Positions 36,901 through 44,376 of a DNA stretch of 64,000 nucleotides are shown here, piece by piece (within the stretch, counting starts at the first letter, position 1; every line of letters begins with the position of its first letter). The notes under the pieces were generated by a model. It was not told the origin of the DNA, searched no databases, and was given only the letters and a program-made list of their open reading frames with translations. The translations under genes were made by a program, and so were the position numbers. Where the stretch lies: contig OZ244252.1 in assembly GCA_965217185.1 (NCBI GenBank), positions 3,480,338-3,544,337 of the forward strand. The letters run 5' to 3'. Source of the DNA: an uncultured Candidatus Entotheonella sp. (GTDB lineage Bacteria > Tectomicrobia > Entotheonellia > Entotheonellales > Entotheonellaceae).

Positions 36901-37106
36901 GCGTGAACAACCTCCGTGCCTACGGCCGCTGGGCCTTCGCCGAGTTCACGGAGGTGTATGAGATACAATCGGACTTCGAGGCCAGGGTGGAAGCGGCGTT
37001 GAACGTTGATCGAGAGAGGCAAGCCGCCCAGACTATGCGGACCGTCCGGCGAACTGCAGGGCAAGTTGCGATTCGAGCGCCAGTTGACGCGGGACGAGGT
37101 GAATGA
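33984..37106 (+). CDS. res: Type III restriction enzyme Res subunit (SF2 helicase plus PD-(D/E)xK nuclease)
   Basis: LKLATGTGKTTVMAM (motif I), VLNDEAHHCY (DEAH), SVSMLTEGWDTNTVTHVLG (motif VI region), and the C-terminal YIPDFIVLL...LIVEIKG nuclease motif. 1040 aa, uninterrupted. Confidence 0.85.
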   Translation: MDDRFFKFPILNSPYEYPSRHWELDESGQPTNRVLNTRRRVSFISPIPKPKKRRGAAAEQASLVFDEASRKLADGGQQYDLTAIINEVRRQVDVWRNLPSPDQWRVTPETARLLRHWRHHRFSDIRPFFCQIEAVETAIWLTEVASHAGRAGRDFLDNLASANRDANPDLPRLALKLATGTGKTTVMAMLIAWQTVNAVRRPQSSRFTRSFLVVTPGITIKDRLRVLQPNDPDSYYRGRELVPTDMLADLDKARIVITNYHAFKLRDRLELSKGGRALLQGRGEPLAAQETEGQMLQRVMPELMGAKGILVLNDEAHHCYREKPGEDDEGDLKGDDRKEAERNREAARLWISGLETVQRKLGLNRVFDLSATPFFLRGSGYAEGTLFPWTMSDFSLMDAIECGIVKLPRVPVADNIPGSDMPKFRNLWEHIGRRMPRKGRGKATGLDPLSLPVELQTALQALYGHYEKQFELWQEAGIEVPPCFIIVCNNTSTSKLVYDYISGFLHDSPDGSKTLVPGRLALFRNYHEDGTPIGRPRTLLIDSEQLESGEGLDKNFRDLATNEIERFRREIVARTGDRRQAENLSDHDLLREVMNTVGKAGRLGGSIRCVVSVSMLTEGWDTNTVTHVLGVRAFGTQLLCEQVVGRALRRQSYDLNEKGRFDVEYADVLGVPFDFTAKPVVAPPQPPRATVQVMAVTPDRDACEIRFPRVAGYRVELPDERLSAAFNDDSTFVLTPDLIGASVTRNEGIIGEGIDLNLVHTDTLRRSTLLYNLTQRLLVTKWRDPNEEPKLHLFGQLKRITAQWLDNHLVCKGGTYPAQLMYQELADTACERITNAITRAAMDSRPVKAVLDPYNPAGSTRHVHFTTSKTLRRQTDARRCHVNWVILDSDWEAEFCRVAESHPRVRAYVKNQGLGLEVPYRSGSTTRTYIPDFIVLLDDGRDDPLHLIVEIKGYRGEDAKAKKETMETYWVPGVNNLRAYGRWAFAEFTEVYEIQSDFEARVEAALNVDRERQAAQTMRTVRRTAGQVAIRAPVDAGRGE

Positions 37107-37270
37107 ACGCTAAAGGCTTTATCTCGGCACCCAAGCATTCCGGTATGATGGAACACTGTAACCGCAGGTAGATGTCCGCACACACGCAGGAACGGGACAG
37201 ACCAAGTAAGGGTTTGCTCCACAACGCGCGGATGGCTTGCGGGCTGAATTTTGACTGAAGGGAAGCGGTC

Positions 37271-39025
37271 ATGTCCTGGGACAGCGACAGCCTGTTACAG
37301 CAACTTGTACTTGGTGAGGACAGCCGCGTCGAATTCAAGGCGATCGTTTTCGCCGGTGATCGTGTCCGAGAGCCTCACCGGAATGTTATTGCCGACGAAC
37401 TGGCCGCTTTTGGCAACACCATCGGCGGCACCTTGATCTTCAGCGTGTCAGACGCTGGTGAGGTGTTGCCGATGAATCGGCAACAGATGGACGCACTGGA
37501 GGCCTTCGTCCGTGAGATTTGCGGCGACAGCATCCACCCGCCGTTGGCGTTCGTGACCCAGCGGCTGGCTTTGCCGGACGGTTCGTTCGTCCTGGTCACC
37601 GAAGTCGAACAGAGCGCGCTGGTTCACAAGAGCCCCGGGGGATACCTTACCCGTCAGGGCAGTTCCAAGCGTGAGCTGTCGCCGGAAGCACTGCATCGCC
37701 TGTTTCAACAGCGGGGGCGTTCGGGCCTGTTCGGTCCTGACGAAGCGATCGTCACCACAACCGGACCCAACACCCTCGACGCGGCCTTGATGGATCGTTT
37801 CCTGAGTTCGCGTGCCACTGAACCTACCGCGGTCCAGCTCACGAAGCTGGGATTGGTACGGGAAGACGACAGTGGCGTGACCCGTGCTACCGTCGCCGGC
37901 GTGCTGCTTTGCACCGCGCGTCCGGATGCGTACGTGCGCGGCGCCGTGATCGAAGCGGTTCGCTATCGCGGCACCGTGCTCGGCCGGGCGAGCCAGCATG
38001 ACGCGGCGTCCATCACCGGCCCATTGGACCGGCAGATCCGCGATGCCGTCAACTTTGTCAGGCTCAACACGCAGGTGGCGGCACGCAAGGCACCCGGGCG
38101 GGTGGAGACCCCGCAATTCAGCCCACGGGCGGTGTTCGAGGCCATCGTCAATGCAGTGGTACATCGCGACTACTCGATAGCCAACGGGAAGATACGGCTT
38201 TTCATTTTCGACGACCGTATGGAGTTGTACTCGCCGGGCGCCCTGCCCAACACGCTGCCTATCGAAGCCATGCGCAATCGACAATCCACCCGCAACGAAA
38301 CGCTTGCGTCCATCCTCCGCATGCTCACGGTGGGGGACATCGACGGTGCTGGCGACCGGCAGTACTTCCTGGAGCAACGCGGCGAAGGGGTGCCGATCAT
38401 CTACGAGCAGACCCGGGACCTGACCGGAAGCGATCCGCAATATGAACTGCTCGGCGGCACGGAACTACGCCTGACCCTGCCTTCCGCCCGCCCACCGGTA
38501 GCGGGCATCGAAGGCGAAGTATCGGTATCTGCGGCCGGGCAGCCGCTGTCAGACGCGCAGGTCGTTGCGTTGTACCCCAACAAGACCTGGATGGAGGGGA
38601 CAACCGATACGTTCGGCCGGGTCGCTTTTGGGTTTCACTCGGAGCTTCCCATCACCGTTTTCTGCGCGGCACCGAGGCATGGCGGCCATGTGACGCGGGA
38701 TTGGCGACCGCCGCAACCGCTCTCCGTGCAACTTGAACCGCTACCGATGGGCGGCTCGGTCGTATTCCCGGAACAAACCGGTCATTTGCCCGGCTTGACC
38801 GGGCGCCTTAACCCGATCCTCGATAATCTCGACCGCATGTATCTGTACGCGACGAACGTTGCCATTGATGATGGCAAGCAGCAGCCCGTTCGCCTCAAAC
38901 TGAATCAGCCCTTGCGGCTCACCGACGTCAACGGTTCTGAATGGATCGTGCGGTTCATCGAGATGATCGGCAATTCGGCGTTATTGGACTACGAGCCTCC
39001 GAACCTCGACCCGGTTCGGAAATAA
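37271..39025 (+). CDS. AlbA_2 (Schlafen-type) plus HATPase_c_4-like putative DNA-binding/ATP-binding protein with an extra C-terminal beta-rich region of about 150 aa
   Basis: N-terminal GEDSRVEFK...ELAAFGNTIGGTLIFSV is AlbA_2. The middle FEAIVNAVVHRDYS...MELYSPGALP...RNETLASIL is HATPase_c_4-like. I cannot confidently assign a family to the C-terminal 430-584 region. Confidence 0.7.
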   Translation: MSWDSDSLLQQLVLGEDSRVEFKAIVFAGDRVREPHRNVIADELAAFGNTIGGTLIFSVSDAGEVLPMNRQQMDALEAFVREICGDSIHPPLAFVTQRLALPDGSFVLVTEVEQSALVHKSPGGYLTRQGSSKRELSPEALHRLFQQRGRSGLFGPDEAIVTTTGPNTLDAALMDRFLSSRATEPTAVQLTKLGLVREDDSGVTRATVAGVLLCTARPDAYVRGAVIEAVRYRGTVLGRASQHDAASITGPLDRQIRDAVNFVRLNTQVAARKAPGRVETPQFSPRAVFEAIVNAVVHRDYSIANGKIRLFIFDDRMELYSPGALPNTLPIEAMRNRQSTRNETLASILRMLTVGDIDGAGDRQYFLEQRGEGVPIIYEQTRDLTGSDPQYELLGGTELRLTLPSARPPVAGIEGEVSVSAAGQPLSDAQVVALYPNKTWMEGTTDTFGRVAFGFHSELPITVFCAAPRHGGHVTRDWRPPQPLSVQLEPLPMGGSVVFPEQTGHLPGLTGRLNPILDNLDRMYLYATNVAIDDGKQQPVRLKLNQPLRLTDVNGSEWIVRFIEMIGNSALLDYEPPNLDPVRK

Positions 39026-39042
39026 TGTGCGGAGGAACGAAC

Positions 39043-39252
39043 ATGGAATGCACGGCCATCGTCAAACGCAGCGGCGAATGGTGGATTGGCTGGATTGAGG
39101 AAGTTCCCGGCGTCAATTGCCAGGAACGCACCCGCGAAGAGTTGATAGACACGCTCGCCATCACGCTTGAGGAGATGTTGGAGGTCAGGCGCGAGGCAAC
39201 GCAATCGGCAGCTGGGGACGGTTATGAGACGGCAAAGATCTCCATTGCATGA
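39043..39252 (+). CDS. hicB: HicB-family antitoxin (UPF0150)
   Basis: MECTAIVKRSGEWWIGWIEEVPGVNCQERTREELIDTLAITLEEML. RBS GGAGGAA. ATGA overlap with the next gene. Confidence 0.75.
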   Translation: MECTAIVKRSGEWWIGWIEEVPGVNCQERTREELIDTLAITLEEMLEVRREATQSAAGDGYETAKISIA

Positions 39253-39438
39253 AGCGCACGACTCTTCTCAGGCATTTGCGGCGGGAAGGCTGTACGTTGT
39301 TGCGTGAAGGCCGACGGCATTCGACTCTGGCAGAACGCCCGCGGTGACCGGCAGACGGCAATCCCGCGTCACACGGAAGTGGACAACATACTCGTCCGCA
39401 AGGTCTGCGCCAACCTCGGCGTGCCACAGATCGGATGA
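39249..39438 (+). pseudogene. hicA: HicA-family toxin, frameshifted
   Basis: MKRTTLLRHLRREGCTLLREGRRHS is in frame 0, with a stop at 39345. The continuation LWQNARGDRQTAIPRHTEVDNILVRKVCANLGVPQIG* is in frame +1. The span is 190 nt (3n+1). The shift lies at about 39324-39327. Confidence 0.75.
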
Positions 39439-39482
39439 CCCGAATGGCGTGACCGGATATAACTCAATTGAGGACCGAGTCG

Positions 39483-40582
39483 ATGGCTCGTAAGGCCAAA
39501 AGCCGAAAACAGATCGAAACCCTGCGGCACCAGGACGCCTCGCGCAAGAACATCCCCACCGCCGAGTACCAGGCGGTGATGGCGGCGGACGACCGCAGCC
39601 CCATCGAGGTCGCCTACGGTCGCCGCAACCGCGACCTCGACCCACAGCTCGTCTGGCGCGGCAAGGACGCGCAGGATTGGTCCGACCTCGTGGTGCAGGC
39701 GCCGCCGCTGTTCATCCAGGAAAAGGTTCACCCCAAGATGCTGATCGACGACCTGCGGCGCCGCAGCGAGGAAGCAGGGGCCGGGAAAGCCGACGACGCA
39801 TCCGGCTTCCAGACCGATCTCTTCGCCGACTTCAACGGCCTGCCGAGCGCCGACGCCCGCACCGAGTTCTACCAGCACGACGCCAACTGGTCGAACCGTA
39901 TGATTCTGGGCGACAGCCTGCAGGTGATGGCCTCGCTGGCGGAGCGCGAGGGGCTGCGCGGCAAGGTGCAGTGCATCTACGTCGATCCGCCCTACGGCAT
40001 CAAGTTCAACTCCAACTTCCAGTGGTCCACCACCAGCCGCGACGTGAAGGACGGCAACGCCGCCCACATCACCCGCGAGCCGGAGCAGGTGAAGGCGTTC
40101 CGGGATACGTGGCGGGACGGGATTCACTCGTACCTGACGTACCTACGGGATCGGCTGACCATAGCGCGGGATTTGCTGACGGAGAGCGGCAGCATCTTCG
40201 TGCAGATCGGGGACGAGAACGTGCACCGGGTGCGGGCGCTGATGGACGAGGTTTTTGGGGAGGAGAACTTTATCGCGGAAATCGCGTTCCAAAAGACGTC
40301 TTCGACATCTTCAGAATCACTGTCAGGTGTTTTTGATCTACTTCTCTGGTTCGGCAAATCGATGACTTGGAAATATCGACCGCTGTTTCAAATTAAAGAG
40401 CTTGGCGGTACGGGAACAACTCAATATTCCTTTGCTGAAAATGCCGATGGTTTAAGGCGAACACTTGCCGAATGGGATGAGTTAAGCGTCAACAGGAAAT
40501 TTCTCAAAGTTTTTTCTCATGGTGATATCACGAGCCAAAGACCAGCGCAGGGAGAAGATGTTCGTAAATTCACTTACGAAGG
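39483..40582 (+). pseudogene. mod: Type III (beta-class) N6-adenine DNA methyltransferase Mod, 5' fragment, interrupted by an IS
   Basis: Motif IV in CIYVDPPYGIKFNSNF. The reading frame runs into the IS and stops at 40641-40643. Confidence 0.85.
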
Positions 40583-42076
40583 AGCCACTTGCAAAACTCC
40601 GCTAGTTTGGCCTCGGAGCGGTTGTCATGAGACCGTACGGTGAATCATTTGCCGTCGGTGGTTCCAATTGCCACGAATTCAGCCATGGCGGTGCCAAGTT
40701 CCGGCTCCCGTCTTGCGATGCGGACGCAACTCTCCCCCCTGCGTACAGGACAGCAGCGTGTGCCGGGATGGAGGAAACGGGGCCGCGAGACCAGCTTCAG
40801 GTCACCAAGCGCATCAACTGATCAACCGTGAGCGCCACAATCCCGAACATCAGATGACACAGCACCTTGGCATGGCCGCGCACGCGCACGCTGCGACCTC
40901 CGAATTCATCCTTGAGGCGACCATTGACGCGCTCGACGGTCGAGCGTTCGTGGTAACGTCTCTCCTCAGACAGGACCAACCCACAGGCACGCCGTGCCTG
41001 CCTCTCCTGCCGCAGCGCCTGCTTGCGCGCGCCGCTGCGGGGGTTGACGTCGATGATCGCAACATGACCCAGGGCGCGGCTGTGGGCGCGGATTTCCGGG
41101 GCATCGTAGGCGCTGTCCATCAGGTCATACAGGTTGCGGACTCGCTCCGCCGTCAGGGTCGCCAGCGGGATGGCGACTTGGCTGTCGTGCAGCGACGCCG
41201 AGGTAAGCAGGCAACTGACCGGGATGGCGCCGTCGGCCGCGTCAATATGCAACTTGTAGCCGCTCCATGACGTCTGATAGCCTTTGGCGTCGCGCTTGAC
41301 GCCAATGTCACAGGCGTACGGCAAGTCGGCGAGCATCTCCGGCAGGGTCATGTTGCGCTGGCGCTCCAGACGGCGCGGCTCCGTGGGGCGCTCCTCGCCC
41401 TTGCGCGGACGCCCGCGCCGCCGCTTCGGCTTGGCCGGCTGCGGCGCCTTCGGGGTCGGTCTCTCGCGCCCTTCAATCGCCGTCGAATCGCGTGAAATAT
41501 GGCCTGCCAGACGCTCACCCTGGGTGCGTTTGATCAGCGCCTCGTGCAGGTGGCTCGGCAAGGCGCTGTCGGCAAATTCGGCAAAGGCACGTGAAAACGT
41601 CGCCTCGCTCGGAATGTGCTTGACGCTACGCCAGCCGCACAACCGGCGCAGGGTGCTGTCGTGGCGCAGACGATCAAGCAACATCCGGGTGCTAACCAGC
41701 GCGAAGACGGCCTTGGCGATGAAGGCGCGGGCTAAGGCCGCGCGGTCGCTTGGCGGACAGCCGCGACGCCGGTGCTGGTACGGCAGCAGCGTTTCCACCC
41801 GCACCCATTCGAGCACCATGACGAAGCGCTGATGGCGTTCCCCCAGCGCCCCGATCGTTTCCTCAAGCTGCGGGAACAGCAGCGCTTGAAAGCAAGACCA
41901 GTAACTCGATAGTATCTCACGTAAGGCCATTGGGGTCGTTCCTCCTGATTCGGTTGTTTGACAACTCAACAGAATCAGAAAGCGGCCCCAATGTCCACCA
42001 ATCAGCCCCAGAGCCTGCCCCGTGCTTGACACGGAGAAAGAAAATCCCACTCGTACACGCAATTCTGCAAGTGGCT
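40583..42076 (-). mobile_element. Insertion sequence (IS4/IS5-superfamily DDE transposase), 1494 bp, with 6-bp target duplication CGAAGG
   Basis: Terminal inverted repeats AGCCACTTGCA (40583-40593) and TGCAAGTGGCT (42066-42076). CGAAGG occurs at 40577-40582 and again at 42077-42082. Confidence 0.85.
40797..41930 (-). CDS. DDE transposase (DUF772-like N-terminus plus DDE_Tnp_1-like core)
   Basis: MALREILSSYW..., PPSDRAALARAFIAKAVFAL, HISRDSTAIEG, LMDSAYDAPEI, RSTVERVNGRLKDEFG. 377 aa from the ATG at 41930. Confidence 0.8.
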   Translation of the reverse strand: MALREILSSYWSCFQALLFPQLEETIGALGERHQRFVMVLEWVRVETLLPYQHRRRGCPPSDRAALARAFIAKAVFALVSTRMLLDRLRHDSTLRRLCGWRSVKHIPSEATFSRAFAEFADSALPSHLHEALIKRTQGERLAGHISRDSTAIEGRERPTPKAPQPAKPKRRRGRPRKGEERPTEPRRLERQRNMTLPEMLADLPYACDIGVKRDAKGYQTSWSGYKLHIDAADGAIPVSCLLTSASLHDSQVAIPLATLTAERVRNLYDLMDSAYDAPEIRAHSRALGHVAIIDVNPRSGARKQALRQERQARRACGLVLSEERRYHERSTVERVNGRLKDEFGGRSVRVRGHAKVLCHLMFGIVALTVDQLMRLVT

Positions 42077-43454
42077 CGAAGGAAAATCATTTCAGGTAAA
42101 GAAGGGCACTTTCAAGACAGACGCGAGTGGTCTGGAACGTATCTCACGCGCAAAACGCATGATCTTCATTGGGAACACGCTTCGATATGTTCGGTTCTTA
42201 GATGACTTCAGTATCTTCCCCTTCTCGAACCTCTGGACTGATACCACCACATCTGGATTTTCTGACCCCAAAGTATACGTCGTCCAGACGAACCGCTCGG
42301 TGGTTGAACGTTGCATCCTCATGGCCACCGACCCCGGCGACCTTGTCCTCGACCCGACCTGCGGCGCCGGCACCACCGCCTACGCCGCCGAGCAGTGGGG
42401 CCGCCGCTGGATCACCATCGACACCTCTCGCGTCGCCCTGGCGCTTGCCCGCGCCCGCATCATGGGGGCGCGCTACCCCTGGTATCTGCTCGCCGACAGC
42501 CATGACGGACAACTGAAAGAAGCCGACATCGCCCGCAAGGCGCCCGCCGACACGCCCACCTACAACGACATCCGCCAAGGGTTCGTGTACGAGCGCGTGC
42601 CCCACGTCACCCTCAAGTCCATCGCCAACAACGCCGAGATCGACGTGATCTGGGAGAAATGGCAGGAGACGATTCAACCGCTGCTTGCGCAACTGGGCGT
42701 CGTTGTAGGGGCGACGCATGCGTCGCCCCTACCAGAATGGGAAATCCCAAGAGACCTGCCAGACCACTGGCCGCCGGAGGCTGCCCCGCTGCACGAACAG
42801 TTCTGGACGGCAAGGGTCGTGCGCCAGCGCGAAATCGACGCCTCCATCGCCGCCAAGGCGGACTCCGAATACCTCTACGACAAGCCTTACGAGGACAACA
42901 AGAAGGTGCGCGTTGCCGGGCCGTTCACCGTCGAAAGCCTGTCGCCGCACCGCCTGCTGGGGGTGGACGAAAACGACGAACTCATCGACAACGTCGCCGA
43001 AGACAAACTCGGCTACGGCGGCAAGCAGGACTTCGCCGGCATGATCCTGGAGCACCTCAAGACCGCCGGCGTCCAGCAGGCGCACAAGGACGACCGCATC
43101 ACGTTCGCCGCCATCAAGCCCTGGCCCGGCTACCACGTCTGCGCCGAGGGAACCTACGTCGAAGGCGACGCCGATTCCGGCGCCGAGAAGCGCGCCGGCA
43201 TCTTCATCGGCCCCGAGTTCGGCACCGTTTCCCGTCCCGACCTTGTGGAAGCCGTCCGCGAGGCCGCCGACGCCGGCTTCCACGTGCTGATCGCCTGCGC
43301 CTTCAACTACGACGCGCACGCCTCGGAGTTCAACAAGCTCGGCCGCGTCCCCATCCTCAAGGCCCGCATGAACGCCGATCTGCACATGGCCGGCGACCTC
43401 AAGAACACCGGCCAAGGCAACCTCTTCGTCATCTTCGGCGAGCCGGATATTACA

Positions 43455-43482
43455 GTGGTCAGCGGCCAGTGGCTGGTGACCA
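43455..43482. repeat. Four tandem heptamers GTGGTCA GCGGCCA GTGGCTG GTGACCA (left flank of the nested cassette)
   Basis: Read directly from the sequence. Confidence 0.75.
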
Positions 43483-43506
43483 GCAAGGGCAGGATGGTAG
43501 CGAATT

Positions 43507-43875
43507 ATGAGCACGTTAAAGAGTTATCAGGACTTGGAAGTGTGGAAGAAATCAATCGACTTGGCAGAGACGGTCTATCGGCTCTCGGCGCAGTTTCCGC
43601 CGGACGAGAAATACGGTCTCAGCAGCCAGGTACGGAGATCGGTGGTCTCGATCGCAGCGAACATCGCGGAGGGAGCGGAGCGACAGGGGACGAGGGAGTT
43701 TCTGCAATTTCTGGGGATCGCGAGCGGGTCTCTAGCCGAGACGGAGACCTTCCTGATTCTGGCGCAGCGATTGGGGATGGCCTCACCGGATCAGGTGGCT
43801 CCGATATTGAATCAGGCGGGAGAAATCGGGCGGATGCTCAACGGTCTGAAACGCTCGCTGCACTCCAGAACCTGA
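43507..43875 (+). CDS. Four-helix-bundle protein (23S rRNA intervening-sequence protein family, PF05635-like), nested inside mod in the +1 frame
   Basis: MSTLKSYQDLEVWKKSIDLAETVYRLSAQFPPDEKYGLSSQVRRSVVSIAANIAEGAERQGTREFLQFLGIASGSLAETETFLILA is the family signature. Confidence 0.85.
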   Translation: MSTLKSYQDLEVWKKSIDLAETVYRLSAQFPPDEKYGLSSQVRRSVVSIAANIAEGAERQGTREFLQFLGIASGSLAETETFLILAQRLGMASPDQVAPILNQAGEIGRMLNGLKRSLHSRT

Positions 43876-43892
43876 GCAGCGCCGATTTCCCG

Positions 43893-43927
43893 CTTTCACT
43901 GACCACCGGCCACTGGTCACAAGTCAC
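43893..43927. repeat. Five tandem heptamers CTTTCAC TGACCAC CGGCCAC TGGTCAC AAGTCAC (right flank, inverted relative to the left array)
   Basis: Read directly. 43899-43918 is a 16/20 reverse-complement match to 43464-43483. Confidence 0.75.
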
Positions 43928-44376
43928 TGTTCATGGCGTCGACGTGTTCCACCCCAATACCGGCGAAATCCGCAGCGACAACGCCGACGGCATCGCCTGC
44001 TGGTTCGTCGACACCGATTACAACGAAGAGAGCTTCTTCGTCCGCCACGCCTATTTCCTCGGCGCCAGCGACCCGTACAGGGCACTCAAGACCACACTAA
44101 AAGCCGAAATCAACGAGGAGGCGTGGACGACGCTGCGCAGCGATACGTCACGGCCGTTCGCCAAGCCGCAGTCCGGCCGCATTGCCGTGAAGGTGATCAA
44201 CCATCTGGGGGATGAGGTGATGAAGGTGTTCCGGGTGTGAGGGCAGTTGGATGCCCAAATATAGGAAAATTAGCCGAGTTTATCGTCTTTTTATAAACTG
44301 GCATAACTTATCTATAAACGGTCCGAAATCGCTCACGTAAAGGGGCTAAGGTCAACGCGACAGCGGGGGATTTATC

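Larger units (their letters stand above)
42077..44240 (+). pseudogene. mod: Type III Mod methyltransferase, 3' fragment (includes motif I and the conserved C-terminus)
   Basis: GNTLRYVRFLDDF, VLDPTCGAGTTAYAAEQWGRRWITIDTSRVA (motif I/FxGxG region), and the C-terminal RIAVKVINHLGDEVMKVFRV. It joins in frame to 39483-40582 once the IS and one CGAAGG copy are removed. Confidence 0.85.

Noticed and set aside
3692-39438. Programmed +1 ribosomal frameshifting as an explanation for the split higB, NYN and hicA genes.
   Set aside because: No shared slippery sequence, rare-codon/stop context (prfB-like) or stimulatory structure is visible at the three sites. Simple 1-nt insertions are the more economical explanation.
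42659-43514. 283-aa (+) and 261-aa (-) ORFs overlapping the 3' part of mod.
   Set aside because: Arg/Gly-rich shadow frames of a well-supported methyltransferase ORF.
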